From NCBI GenBank assembly GCA_000004985.1, contig GG738860.1: a DNA stretch of 64,000 nucleotides; one strand, given 5' to 3'. The notes beneath the pieces are model-generated. The model was not told where the DNA came from. It was given only the letters and a program-made list of their open reading frames with translations, and searched no databases. Origin of the DNA: Naegleria gruberi. Its lineage: Eukaryota. Position numbers and translations under genes: made by a program. Shown here one piece after another: positions 1 to 10,600 of this stretch. Positions within the stretch are counted from its first letter, which is position 1. Each line of letters opens with the position of its first letter.

Positions 1-801
1 TCTGCTGACAATACACTCGATACTATGATTAGTGGAACCACCAATCCACAATTCTCCAGAAATGAAGTTGATGCACTCGTTAATATTGCTTCAAATATTG
101 TTACTGTTTCAAGCAGTAGTAAGACACTTACATTTGGTAATGCAATGGGATCAAAGCTTGTTGCACACATGTCCCTGGGAGATTTAGTTAGTAGTAGTGG
201 AGCCAATTTTGGAATTGCTGTTTCCAAGGGCGTGTCTTCATTGTCTCTTTCAAATGTATCGATCGCTTTATCACCAAATTCAAGATCTTTGGCTGGTATT
301 GAATGTTACTTCATTGTTGATATTAAGGACACACTTGGCTTCTTACAATGTTTGGCAAACAGCAACTGGGTAGCCAGAACAGGACCAAAATACGCACCAG
401 GTACTGAAAGAGCAATTGGTGGAGTCACATATTCTGTTGGTTCATTGATTTATGACATGACACCAATGTACGACAATGGAACCATTGTTTCTGGTAATGT
501 TACAAGTTTGAATGATATTCAAATTACAATTCCTTACACAGGATCATTGACACCAGTTTGTGGTATTCATAATAGTGATGACACTTACTCTGTCAATACC
601 AAAGCTACACTTATCAAAGGAAGTGGATCAGTAACTTGTAAAACAAAGGTCTTGAGAGGAAATGTTTTGCTTTTGGCAACCCAAACTACAACTGATGCCA
701 GTGTTACACCTAAGAAATCTACAGTTCTTGGCGGAGCTGAAACTAACAAGTTGAGTGCTTTCTTAATGTGTCTATTGTTACTTGCAATGTTACTTTTCTA
801 A
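1..801 (+). CDS. N-terminally truncated (window edge) Ser/Thr-rich cell-surface protein with a GPI-anchor-like C-terminus
   Basis: Frame 1 is open from nt 1, so the first ATG at 25 is not the true start. Stop TAA at 799-801. S/T/N-rich with N-x-S/T sequons. The C-terminus ...GGAETNKLSAFLMCLLLLAMLLF has a small-residue omega region plus a hydrophobic tail. Confidence 0.5.
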   Translation, partial: SADNTLDTMISGTTNPQFSRNEVDALVNIASNIVTVSSSSKTLTFGNAMGSKLVAHMSLGDLVSSSGANFGIAVSKGVSSLSLSNVSIALSPNSRSLAGIECYFIVDIKDTLGFLQCLANSNWVARTGPKYAPGTERAIGGVTYSVGSLIYDMTPMYDNGTIVSGNVTSLNDIQITIPYTGSLTPVCGIHNSDDTYSVNTKATLIKGSGSVTCKTKVLRGNVLLLATQTTTDASVTPKKSTVLGGAETNKLSAFLMCLLLLAMLLF

Positions 802-914
802 AATAAACTATTATAGTTTACATAAGAGGTGTCTGTTTCATTCAAGAAAACAAAATAAACTTATGGATCTTGCTTATCATTATCGTTGATTAAATTTATT
901 AAGAGGATCCTTTC

Positions 915-2281
915 TTAAATATTATTATTGGTTGGAGTTTCAAGTGGAGATTGGTTTGATTTGTCGCTCACAACAGGTGAATCCTCCAAATGTAAACTAT
1001 TTCTAGTGGAATTGGGGGTTCCTCCTGCAGATTTCCTTGTTCTATTTCTAGAAGATGAAATATTATTCGATTTCATGCTCAATGTTCCGCTATGATTATC
1101 GTAATCCTTTTTAAGGATGTGAATTGGTGAATATAGAGCTAGTGCAGTAAACGCAAACACTAAAATTCCAGCTGTATTTAGAGTTGAGTATCCAAGAGCT
1201 AAATGAGAAAGTTCAGGATCTTCCTGAGCTATTCCAAATCCGAAAGCTATTGCCTCAAAAATGAAACATCCGAATAATCCACATTGTAATATAAGAACTT
1301 TAATTACAGAATGTTTCTTCTTCTGCTTATCTTCTGACAATCGTGAAATAATTCTCAAAACAATTGTGGCAGCAGCCTTTCAAAATTATTAGAAACTACT
1401 CTTCTAGATTTTCAACTTACAATTAACATTGAAATTTGAATAGAGACTTGAACAACAAACATTAAAATACAAATTCCATAAATGTACATTGTCAAATCAT
1501 CCGAAACCATTCCCAATTTTTGTAAAATTGTCAATATTGTTCCTGTCAAGTTTACAACAATCAAGCCAACCGAGTTTACAATTGTTAAAATTGTAACAGA
1601 TTTTGTAAAGTAACGAATCTTTTTAGAGTTCAATAATCCACTCGATAATCGAAAGGTTTCAATGAAAACTAAAGTAACAAACCAAATAATTCCAATCATT
1701 ACTTGAACATCAATCAGGATGAAAAATAATTCAAAAGCAACACTAATGCTATAGACTACTAATTGCCCTGTTGTGATACCTACATCACTTGGGGTAATAT
1801 TCAGTGAATTGTTGTACCAGAGAAAGGTGTCGAAATTTGGAAAATTTGTCGAGTTTCGTTCAAAAGTTTCGGCATATTGTTGGAATCTTAATCCGAAATT
1901 AATATTTAAACTGTCGTAGAATATTCTACACAATAAAACAATGCATTCGATTGAGCAAAGAATCAACACACCAAAAATCATACGTTTCTGATTTTTCATC
2001 ATGACTTGTTTCTCTGTGTTTAATTTCGAATAAACAAAATATGATCCAATAATAATAACCAATCCAAAGGTAAGAAATAGAGATAGTACAGCAATTGATA
2101 TTTCAATATACGAAACAATTAATGGCTCTATCCTAAACACTGTCTTTAAAATATCATTGGTAGTCGAATTATTAGATTCTACTTGTGCTACAAGAAATAT
2201 GGAAGAGATAGAACTGCTAACCATTGAAGTTAGTGTTGTTCTTTTTTTTGATGTATTTAAAGTCAGCTGTTCAAATGTCAT
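915..2281 (-). CDS. Multi-pass (about 8-9 TM) membrane protein of unknown family; two exons
   Basis: Track ORFs 1412..2299 and 915..1358 are in the same frame and joined by a 44-nt intron 1377..1420 (minus GTAAGT...TTTGAAAG). Exon 1 is 1421..2281 and exon 2 is 915..1376. The track start at 2297-2299 is TTG. The first ATG is at 2279-2281 (MTFEQLT...). There are many hydrophobic helices and a Ser-rich cytosolic tail. Confidence 0.55.
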
Positions 2282-2654
2282 TGTTACGAATTTAGTCAAA
2301 AAATAGTCCTTTTACAACCGGGTAACCACAAATGGACTAATTTGTTCCTTATTGCATCTGGTGGGCTGATTAGAATAATTTTCAAATTATCCTTCTTTTG
2401 AAACAATTTTAATCTTCTATTGAACATCAAGACCTAGATTATCATTCGCAACAGACGAATATTTAGTTGAGTTAATTCATATTTCCAACCTAGGAGAAAA
2501 AACATTGGCAAAGTTATCAGCTATTACCCACCTAAAAGATAATACATTGGAAAAGTTATCAAGTCTTGATGGAAAGGATGTTCGTCGATTCAGAAATCAG
2601 AATTCATAATGTTACAATCAATTCATAATGTTAATCCTTATATGGAACAATGAA

Positions 2655-3956
2655 TTATTTTCTACAACAATAATCCCAAATATTCTCAATAAAAGAGTGA
2701 TATGGCTTATTTTGGAACTTTGATATGCATAGATCAATGTCCTGTTTAGTAGTAATGATAAGATCATGTAGATCATCTTGGAAAGGTTTTAGTCTATTTC
2801 TGTAATTATTTCTAATAAACTCAATCCCTGGTGGCTTCATAAAAGGGCATACCAACCACCTCAAACAACGTCTCTTTCTTAAGTTAAATTTCTGGGACAT
2901 GTGCTGAACATCCAAATCTATTTCTTGTTTGTAGCTGTTCTTATTCCTGCAAACACCAATGTTTTTAGGATCTGTTGTTTCATATAATCGTAAGGCTTCC
3001 TCTGGTTGATATTTGTCTGTAATGAGATCTGAAACGGTAGTCATTGCAGCCATAACAAGTATTGGTTTATCATTATTGTTAAGTGGCTTCAAGAAAAATA
3101 CTCCATCAGGACCCATACTATCATCTGGCTTTGAGAATGAATCTGCAAAAAAACTATCTAACATGGCATACCATAATCCTGGTATAAGAGAGGAATTACC
3201 AGTCTTTTTGTTGAGTGTTGGATCTCTAACGAATGTGTTTAGAGCTAGTGTGTAATTCTGGTAGGATTTCGGAAGTTCAGCAAATAAGGAAGTTGTTTTG
3301 ATTGAATTTTCCTTAGAATGATAGCTCTCCTCTAGCAAGAGCATCATAATAAATGTTTCAAACACACTTTCTATATTTTCTTTGTGTTCAGAGATATATT
3401 CCCACATTGGACCTCTGTATGCTTCAAACATAGTCTGAAAATATACTTTGAATAATATGGGGTCGACTAGGTCGAAAATAAAGCCATCGCCTCGTTTTAA
3501 AACGTGAGCAAAGGTTGTTTCCACTAGAGCGCAGCTTAGCTTTGAATCAATAAAAGTGCTGCTTTCCATGAGACATTCATGTCTGAATAGTAATTTGAAT
3601 ATGATATCGATTGCACCTTCTTGCTTGAGAAGAGATTTGATTCTCTTTTTTGCTGATTTTCTTTTGTTCTCAACCACCTTGTTCACAGCTTCAATCATGT
3701 CTATGTTAGGATATAATAGCATCATTCTATGAAATGAAACTACGTACTCAGGTGATCCAGAAAGGCTACTTGGAGCATCCTTTTTAGAACTCGTAACAAT
3801 AGCATCAACCAAGGTACCATCACACCCTAGGAAATACAAGAAGGCAAGGTGGTGCCTATTCTTTCGAGTTCCTTGTTTAAGGTGCATGTACAAGGAAACT
3901 ACCTCACTTGCAGTCCATGACGAATAATCAGCGTAGTGCAGAGTGTGTTTGAGCAT
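2655..3956 (-). CDS. Hypothetical protein (433 aa), no recognisable domain
   Basis: Single long ORF with ATG at 3954-3956 and stop at 2655-2657. Codon usage matches neighbouring genes. Confidence 0.5.
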   Translation of the reverse strand: MLKHTLHYADYSSWTASEVVSLYMHLKQGTRKNRHHLAFLYFLGCDGTLVDAIVTSSKKDAPSSLSGSPEYVVSFHRMMLLYPNIDMIEAVNKVVENKRKSAKKRIKSLLKQEGAIDIIFKLLFRHECLMESSTFIDSKLSCALVETTFAHVLKRGDGFIFDLVDPILFKVYFQTMFEAYRGPMWEYISEHKENIESVFETFIMMLLLEESYHSKENSIKTTSLFAELPKSYQNYTLALNTFVRDPTLNKKTGNSSLIPGLWYAMLDSFFADSFSKPDDSMGPDGVFFLKPLNNNDKPILVMAAMTTVSDLITDKYQPEEALRLYETTDPKNIGVCRNKNSYKQEIDLDVQHMSQKFNLRKRRCLRWLVCPFMKPPGIEFIRNNYRNRLKPFQDDLHDLIITTKQDIDLCISKFQNKPYHSFIENIWDYCCRK

Positions 3957-4091
3957 TTTTTTGCTGTATTGTGAGGTTTAATCCATCGCGACATTAACCC
4001 ATCCAATATATTTGTAGAATGGTCTTACCTCTGCACCCACTTCTATTATGATCAAATTTCTTATGGTACACCACTAAAAAATCCAGAAAAT

Positions 4092-5198
4092 TTAATCATC
4101 TGATTTTATCAGAAATCCAAGTTGAGAAATTACTGGCTTTCTTTTTTCTGAGCTATTAATGGTTTCAGAAATTAGATGTCCATTTTCATATTCTATAATT
4201 GTAAATGGTTCTCCATTAGCATAAAATGATTTACAAACTCCATGTATTTTTCCATCTTGATAATTAGATTCCCCTTTTAAATAGTAACTATTAGGATCAC
4301 CAGAGTAATGATAATGTTTGGAGATTCCGTGACGCTTTCCATTTTTGAAATTGGATATTTCAGTAATTGTACTATCTTTTCCTTCGTAGATAATCTTCTC
4401 ACCATGATATTTTCCATTCTCGTAGTGACATTCTACATCCTTGACGACCACTTTCTGATTTTTGGAATAAATTATCTTATTCTCTACCAATTTACCAAAT
4501 AGTTTGTCATTCTTATATGAGTAGGTTCTCTCCACAACGTATGGAGAATTGAAATACTTGATAAAATCTCCATGCTTTTTCCCATTCTCAAAGTGTCCAA
4601 TTTGCATAATCTGCCCTGTTTTGAAGTAATCGATAGTTTCTCCATGTTTCTTTCCATCTTTATATCCAACAATTGATTTGATACTTGTAGCGCCTAACTT
4701 TGAAATAATCGTATTATCAATAAATTTTGAACAATTAGGATCATTAACATGTTCATCAATTAAATCCTCAATAATAGAATGTTTACCCTTTTCAATATGA
4801 ATAATGAGCATATTCCCTTGTTTATATCCCAAATTAATCCTCACAATCGATAACTGCGTCTTTTTCTGTTCAATTTGCAAAATATCATGTTTTATATTCA
4901 ACCTAACAATATGATTCGTTACAAAATAATCACTCCTCTGAAAATTATACCAACAAGAACAGACCAATCGAATCCGATTCAAATCTTTCCCAGTCATGAA
5001 CGGAAAAACATTTTCCAAAAAGACATCTTGTAAATAAAAGGGAATTATTAATAATTCGGAATCATCCAATCTCTTCTTTCTTGATGGTTCCTCTGAATTG
5101 AAATCAGGAATTATTTCATCATCAAAGGCAATTTCTAATTTTCTCTTTTTTCCATCTTTATCATCAGGGTTGAAATTATTTAAATTGTTGTTAAGCAT
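4092..5198 (-). CDS. F-box-like / MORN-repeat protein
   Basis: The track ORF starts at GTG (5274-5276). The first ATG is at 5196-5198 (MLNNNLNNF...). An F-box-like segment (VFLENVFPFMTGKDLNRIRLVCSCWYNF) is followed by about 9 MORN repeats (YxDGKKHGxxIxYFxNG...). Confidence 0.6.
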   Translation of the reverse strand: MLNNNLNNFNPDDKDGKKRKLEIAFDDEIIPDFNSEEPSRKKRLDDSELLIIPFYLQDVFLENVFPFMTGKDLNRIRLVCSCWYNFQRSDYFVTNHIVRLNIKHDILQIEQKKTQLSIVRINLGYKQGNMLIIHIEKGKHSIIEDLIDEHVNDPNCSKFIDNTIISKLGATSIKSIVGYKDGKKHGETIDYFKTGQIMQIGHFENGKKHGDFIKYFNSPYVVERTYSYKNDKLFGKLVENKIIYSKNQKVVVKDVECHYENGKYHGEKIIYEGKDSTITEISNFKNGKRHGISKHYHYSGDPNSYYLKGESNYQDGKIHGVCKSFYANGEPFTIIEYENGHLISETINSSEKRKPVISQLGFLIKSDD

Positions 5199-5367
5199 TT
5201 TTTTTGAAATTACCAAAAATTTAGTAAGTTTACAATTTTTCAAACAAAGTGTGAATTTCGATCGAGTTCGTTCCACACAAATTTTTAATTATATTAAAAA
5301 AAAATGTCATCGATGACTGGCCCACCTTGATGATACACCTCTGCCACCTCTTCGATTACCAAGAGAT
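5199..5367. promoter_or_regulatory. Short divergent intergenic region between head-to-head F-box genes; putative bidirectional promoter
   Basis: 169 bp of AT-rich sequence between the ATG of the minus-strand MORN gene (5198) and the ATG of the plus-strand LRR gene (5368). Confidence 0.3.
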
Positions 5368-6705
5368 ATGTATTGTGAAATCATGTCATTTGTCGATTCA
5401 CATACAATTATTTTGACATGTTCATTGATTTCCAAAGAGTGGTACGAATTAATCACGGAGAGTATGAAATTATCGGTCAATTTTAGAAAATTAAAATTCA
5501 ATAATCAAACATTAGATTTGATAATCAAGAGTAAATTTAAGAATTGTGTTACAGATTTAAAATTAACACACACTGCTGACAATACGAAAATTACAGAATT
5601 TACAAAATGGGCAGCAAATATTGCCCAACTTGAACAGTTGAAAAGTCTGGAAATTTCATCCGATCACAAGGTTGGTTATGATGGTGCAAAAGTTATTGGT
5701 CAATTGAAGCAGTTAACCAAGCTCGATATTAGTTTTAATACGATTGGAGCTGAAGGTGCTAAATTTATTGGAGAAATGCAACAATTGACCTATCTAAATA
5801 TTTATGGGAATTCTCTTACAAGTGAAGGAATAAGATTCATTAGTCAATTGACCAATTTAACATATCTAAACGTGCGTTTTAATGAAGATTTTAGATTTGG
5901 AGGACATGATAAAGGTCTTGAAGGAGCTCAATATTTAAGAAATTTACAAAAACTAACAAGTCTTGACATTGGTTACAATCAAATTGGAAACGATGGAGCT
6001 AAATTTATTGGTGAAATACAGTCATTGACAGAGTTAACAATACGAAACAATAACTTGAAAGCTGAAGGTGTTCGCTGGCTAAGCAAATTGAAAAATCTGA
6101 GATTGCTCAGTATTAATAATAACCATATTAAGGATGAAGGAGTAGTGCACATTTGTAAACTGAAACAGTTAACTCATCTTGACTTGTGGAATACTGAAAT
6201 AACAGCTGAAGGTATTGAATTGGTTTCTAAACAATTACCGAAAGTTACACATCTCCATATCTCCATTAATGTAATTAGAGATGGTACCAAGTTCTTAGGT
6301 GAAATGAAACAGTTGACAACACTTGAAGCAGATGAAATTGAATTAGATGCTGAAGGGCTTAAATATTTAGTTGGTTTGAAAAAATTGAATTTTCTTTCCG
6401 TTAATAATAATTTATTTGGTGCTGAAGGTTGCAAAGTAGTTAGCGAAATGAAACAATTGGAAGAGTTATGTATGAATGACAATAATATTGGAGACAATGG
6501 TGTACAGTATTTATGTGAATTGAAATCATTGACCTCTTTGTGTTTGTGGAATAATAATATTGGAATTGAGGGTGTTAAATTGTTGTGTTCTGGAAATTTG
6601 AATAATTTAACAACACTTGATATCAGAGGTAATCAAATTACAAAATCTGATTCTCATTTATTTGAAAATATGAAACAGTTGACCGAACTTTTGATTGAAT
6701 GGTAA
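5368..6705 (+). CDS. F-box-like / leucine-rich-repeat (ribonuclease-inhibitor-type LRR) protein
   Basis: ATG at 5368. N-terminal F-box-like motif (EIMSFVDSHTIILTCSLISKEWYELI). About 12 repeats of the 24-28 aa LTxLxIxxNxIGxEGAKxIGEMKQ type. Confidence 0.65.
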   Translation: MYCEIMSFVDSHTIILTCSLISKEWYELITESMKLSVNFRKLKFNNQTLDLIIKSKFKNCVTDLKLTHTADNTKITEFTKWAANIAQLEQLKSLEISSDHKVGYDGAKVIGQLKQLTKLDISFNTIGAEGAKFIGEMQQLTYLNIYGNSLTSEGIRFISQLTNLTYLNVRFNEDFRFGGHDKGLEGAQYLRNLQKLTSLDIGYNQIGNDGAKFIGEIQSLTELTIRNNNLKAEGVRWLSKLKNLRLLSINNNHIKDEGVVHICKLKQLTHLDLWNTEITAEGIELVSKQLPKVTHLHISINVIRDGTKFLGEMKQLTTLEADEIELDAEGLKYLVGLKKLNFLSVNNNLFGAEGCKVVSEMKQLEELCMNDNNIGDNGVQYLCELKSLTSLCLWNNNIGIEGVKLLCSGNLNNLTTLDIRGNQITKSDSHLFENMKQLTELLIEW

Positions 6706-6796
6706 TTAAAAAATTCTTTGCTCTTCCAGAAGAATATATTAGAATTTTGAAAGATTACAATAAATATACAAGGTGGAAGAGATGTTTCACACTTCC

Positions 6797-8443
6797 TCAA
6801 TCATAGGAACCAAAGATAAACAGTAGGTTTGTTTCTGCATACTTATTTCCTTGAAGTTTGGATTTTTGATAGTATTCAATAGCTTTCTCTTTGGATTTTT
6901 CAGTGCCAATACCTTTTTCGAATAGAGTTCCCAAATAGTACTGAGCTTCTGCATGATTTTGGTGGGCTGCTTTACGTAACCATTCAAATGCTTTTGGGAA
7001 ATCTGGAAATTTCGTTCCATTCAAGTAGATCAAACCCAAATTGAATTGAGCATCTGCATCACATTGAGAAGCTGATTTCTCATACCATTGAACTGCTTTC
7101 CCGAATGATTGCTCTGTACCTTGTCCATACTCATACATTACAGCAAGATTATATTGAGCTTCTGAGTGACCTTGTTGAGCTGCCTTCAGATACCATTCAA
7201 AAGCCTTCTTAAATGACTGTTTAGTTCCTCTCCCACTTTCGTACAGTGATGCCAAATTATTTTGTGCATGGACATTCCCTTGGCTGGCTGATTTTTCATA
7301 CCATTTAAAGGCCTTCTCAAAAGACTTGGCAACTACCTTTCCATTCTCGTACAACAGAGCTAGATTATATTGAGCTACTGCATTACCTTGATTGGCTGAT
7401 TCACGGTACCATTTCACTGCCTTTTCCAAAGATAAAGAACCACCTTGTCCATTCTCGTACATGTTTGCTAAATTATTTTGAGCAGTGGCATTTCCAAGAA
7501 GAGCGGCTGCTTTGAATAAATTTCTTGCCTTCCCAAAGGATTTAGAAACTCCCAAACCATCTCTGTACATTAGGCCAAGATTACATAGGGTTATAGGATG
7601 TTCAGGTTGAGTTGCCTTCTCCATATAGTCCATGGTCTTTTCAAAAGAACTGAATTTCGTCTTATTATCCCTTATTAAAACATGTAAATTATTCATTGAA
7701 TTGTTTTGGCCTTGGTTTGATGAAATTTTTACTTGATTTTGCAAAGAGAGAATTTCTTCTTGTAATTGCCTATTCTTCTCCTCAAATTCTTCCATCAATT
7801 CTTTTCGTTTTCTTTCATAATCAGCAATCAGTTCCTCCTCTTTTTGTTTCAGATTTTTAATTCGATTCCTTTCCACTGTTTTCATTACATTTTCAATTTC
7901 CTCCTTCATTCTCGTTTTTAATCCTTCAACATTTTCTTCCAATTCTTCATCCTTCCCGCATTCATCCATCCAATTCGTTGTAATTTCGAGCATTGCCAAA
8001 ATCTCATACAAGTGTCTATAAGCATTCGAGCTTGGCAAAGTTTTTCCTCCTCTGAAATCTTCACCACACAATTCGCAATTTTGAATCTTTTTACAACAGC
8101 CAGAACAGAGCACTCCCTGATGAGGAGGAAATGATTTATATCTGATTGGATTCTTTCTTTCGGACGAACATGAATCATTTTGATCAATACTATTTTCACT
8201 ATTTTGATTTTGAATAATTGATGAAGTTATTAATAATGATTCATAATCATCATCATCATAGTCATGATTCGGAATGAGAATTAGAGGATCTGAATCGAGT
8301 AAATCATCTTGTTCTGTGGAGGGAAAAGTCTGTTTGCTTAATTCCGATTCTTGCTTTTCGATCATTTTTTTTGTTTGAAAACGAATTCCGAGAATGTGGT
8401 TGTTGTAAAACGAATTATTCGGAACTAAACTTTGATTTATCAT
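6797..8443 (-). CDS. Sel1-repeat protein with acidic N-terminus, Cys knuckle (CSGCCx5CxxC) and coiled-coil
   Basis: The track ORF starts at TTG (8474-8476). The first ATG is at 8441-8443. The C-terminal half has about 7 Sel1 repeats (A.AQ.NLG.MYE.G.GV.KS..KA..WY.KAA.QG). The middle is heptad-rich E/K coiled coil. Confidence 0.65.
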   Translation of the reverse strand: MINQSLVPNNSFYNNHILGIRFQTKKMIEKQESELSKQTFPSTEQDDLLDSDPLILIPNHDYDDDDYESLLITSSIIQNQNSENSIDQNDSCSSERKNPIRYKSFPPHQGVLCSGCCKKIQNCELCGEDFRGGKTLPSSNAYRHLYEILAMLEITTNWMDECGKDEELEENVEGLKTRMKEEIENVMKTVERNRIKNLKQKEEELIADYERKRKELMEEFEEKNRQLQEEILSLQNQVKISSNQGQNNSMNNLHVLIRDNKTKFSSFEKTMDYMEKATQPEHPITLCNLGLMYRDGLGVSKSFGKARNLFKAAALLGNATAQNNLANMYENGQGGSLSLEKAVKWYRESANQGNAVAQYNLALLYENGKVVAKSFEKAFKWYEKSASQGNVHAQNNLASLYESGRGTKQSFKKAFEWYLKAAQQGHSEAQYNLAVMYEYGQGTEQSFGKAVQWYEKSASQCDADAQFNLGLIYLNGTKFPDFPKAFEWLRKAAHQNHAEAQYYLGTLFEKGIGTEKSKEKAIEYYQKSKLQGNKYAETNLLFIFGSYD

Positions 8444-8567
8444 TTCAACATCCTTATTACTAGGAGAAGTATTCAACTAACCTTAAAGTGCCAATAAAAC
8501 ACTGGTAATCCAACAAGTGTTATTTAATGTAAAAGAGTATTACAATTAAATTGGGAGGTTAAGAAAC

Positions 8568-8571
8568 AAAA
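8568..8571 (-). terminator. Pol III T-run (TTTT) just 3' of tRNA-Glu
   Basis: Minus-strand GATAATTTTG immediately follows the discriminator base. Confidence 0.4.
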
Positions 8572-8576
8572 TTATC

Positions 8577-8648
8577 CTCCCATGCCGGGAATTGAACCCG
8601 GACCTCCTGGGTGAAAGCCAGGTATCCTAGCCATTGGACTACACGGGA
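8577..8648 (-). tRNA. tRNA-Glu (anticodon UUC)
   Basis: Minus-strand sequence is TCCCGTG TA GTCC AATGGCTA GGAT A CCTGG CTTTCAC CCAGG AGGT CCGGG TTCAATT CCCGG CATGGGA G. The cloverleaf is canonical, with a 7-bp acceptor stem (one G:U), T-loop TTCAATT and anticodon TTC. CCA is not encoded. Confidence 0.85.
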
Positions 8649-8947
8649 TCTCATTGGTTTTCAAAATAATTCCTTAATGAAGGGAATAGGCAATTCCTTA
8701 ATTTTGAATCTTCCTTTCAGTCCAACTTGCTCAACTTGCAGCTGAAACCACTTCCAAAATAAGCCTTACTGTTGTGAACTTTCAAAGAGGATGAAATGCA
8801 AACCATTTCTTGCGCAACTTCCACAAATCAATAAATAGTGCTCACGACAGCGGATACAGAATCCCATAAATGGCACGCTAATCTTAATGATTATGTATTT
8901 CCAATCACAAAAAAACAACTTTAACTGTATTATTAACAAACAACAAA

Positions 8948-9586
8948 ATGGTCTTCAAAATTTATGGTGCTGCTCAATCTACTTGTGTTCAACGTGTTTT
9001 GACCACAATCAAGGAGAAAGGTTTAGAATATGAACTTGTTCCTGTTGATTTAATGAAGGGAGAACACAAGTCACCATCCCACTTGGAAAAGCATCCATTT
9101 GGAGTCATTCCAGGCTTGGAAGATGACGGTTTCTTGATTTATGAATCTCGTGCTATCTGTCGTTATTTAGAAGCCAAACATAAGGGCCAAGGAACTGAAC
9201 TCATTCCAACCGAACTCAAAGCTTTGGGTCTATTCGAACAAGGCGCTTCCATTGAAACTGCTTACTTTGATTCAAATGCCTCTGGTTTAGTTTTTGAAAA
9301 GTTATTTAAGGGAATGATGGGATACGGAGCCGCAGACGAAGCTCGTGTCAAACAATTGAGTGAAAAGTTAGCTCTCAATTTGGATTCCTATGAAAGAGTG
9401 TTGGCTAAACAAGAATTCATTGGTGGAAATCAATTCACCTTAGCCGATTTGTATCACTTACCATATGGAAATTTGTTGTTCGCCATTGGATTGGGTAACT
9501 TATTGTTGGATCGTCCACATGTTAAAGCTTGGTGGGAAAAGATTTCATCAAGACCTTCATGGAAAGCTGTTTCAGGACAACATTAA
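8948..9586 (+). CDS. Glutathione S-transferase (phi/fungal-like cytosolic GST)
   Basis: ATG at 8948 and TAA at 9584-9586. The N-terminal thioredoxin-like fold signature is MVFKIYGAAQSTCVQRVLTTIKEKGLEYELVPVDLMKGEHKSP...FGVIPGLEDDGFLIYESRAICRYLEAKH. The C-terminal helical domain is LADLYHLP... Confidence 0.85.
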   Translation: MVFKIYGAAQSTCVQRVLTTIKEKGLEYELVPVDLMKGEHKSPSHLEKHPFGVIPGLEDDGFLIYESRAICRYLEAKHKGQGTELIPTELKALGLFEQGASIETAYFDSNASGLVFEKLFKGMMGYGAADEARVKQLSEKLALNLDSYERVLAKQEFIGGNQFTLADLYHLPYGNLLFAIGLGNLLLDRPHVKAWWEKISSRPSWKAVSGQH

Positions 9587-9661
9587 TTTTCTAATCTGAA
9601 TTCCAAATATTTCTCTTCCTCTCCTTATATCAATAAATTATTGTAATTATTTTCGAATGTG

Positions 9662-10550
9662 TTAATACTTGTTAAATGTTAAACTTCTTTTGATTCTTAT
9701 ACGAAAAGATAAAACATTTTGTGATTTAACAACAAGTGTTGTTTCAGATTCTTCAATTACTATTTCTTTTGGAATCTGGTTGTGATTGATGGTAAATTTT
9801 GATATTGCTTTAGATTTGTTGGAACGTCCCTTTCTACAAACTTTCTTCAAATCTTTCACAAGTGCCATCATTCGGGGCGTTCCTGTGAATTTATCCATTA
9901 AATCGAAAGCTGTTTGTCCCTCCGAGTTTCTTACAATATCAAGTTTCAATCCTCGAGCAATTAAGACTTGGAGGATTGAATGGTCTGTATATCTTCTAGG
10001 ATTTTTCTTAATTAAACTCAAATAATATCTCGTAACATAATGTGAAATATCGTCTCCATCAATACATCCATAGTATTTGATATTTCTTAATTGTTGTAAA
10101 GGGCTTTTCTCAATAGAAAAATGATAAAGACCGTTCAAATAATGGGTACACAATGATACAAGTTCAGGTTCACCTGAAGAGTAATCAAATCCAATTGTAT
10201 TGGCTTCTGTTACCAATAAGTGAGTATTAATGTTATACCCCATTAATAAATATAAATATCTACACATTCCAAAATTATCAGTATATGAAAAAAAGTTCAA
10301 TTTAGGCATATTCTCAATATGTCCTAAATGGTCCAAAGCTATAAGATAACTATTGTAAAAAGTTTGGATGGGCATTGTTTGATTATTATCTTTCAATTCT
10401 AAACCCAAATGTTGTATTGTTGTACTGAAACAATTGGTTGAATAGTGAACCAAATATCTTCCATTCTCATCTCTAAAGTTAATATCTCTGTATTCTTCAT
10501 ATTTTTTGATTTGTTGATCATTAATGAAAGCAAAATAGATTTTCATCACC
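9662..10550 (-). CDS. Hypothetical protein, 5' end lost in assembly gap; C-terminal ankyrin-like repeat
   Basis: The ORF runs from the N-run edge (10550) to the stop at 9662. The C-terminal SILQVLIARGLKLDIVRNSEGQTAFDLM resembles an ankyrin repeat. The track ORF continues through the N's into the retroelement in a nonsense frame. Confidence 0.4.
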
Positions 10551-10600
10551 NNNNNNNNNNNNNNNNNNNNNNNNNNNNNNNNNNNNNNNNNNNNNNNNNN
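10551..10600. other. Assembly gap (50 N)
   Basis: Run of n. Confidence 1.

Noticed and set aside
6174-6497. 107-aa minus-strand ORF inside the LRR gene
   Set aside because: Antisense to a well-supported repeat-protein CDS, with no features of its own.
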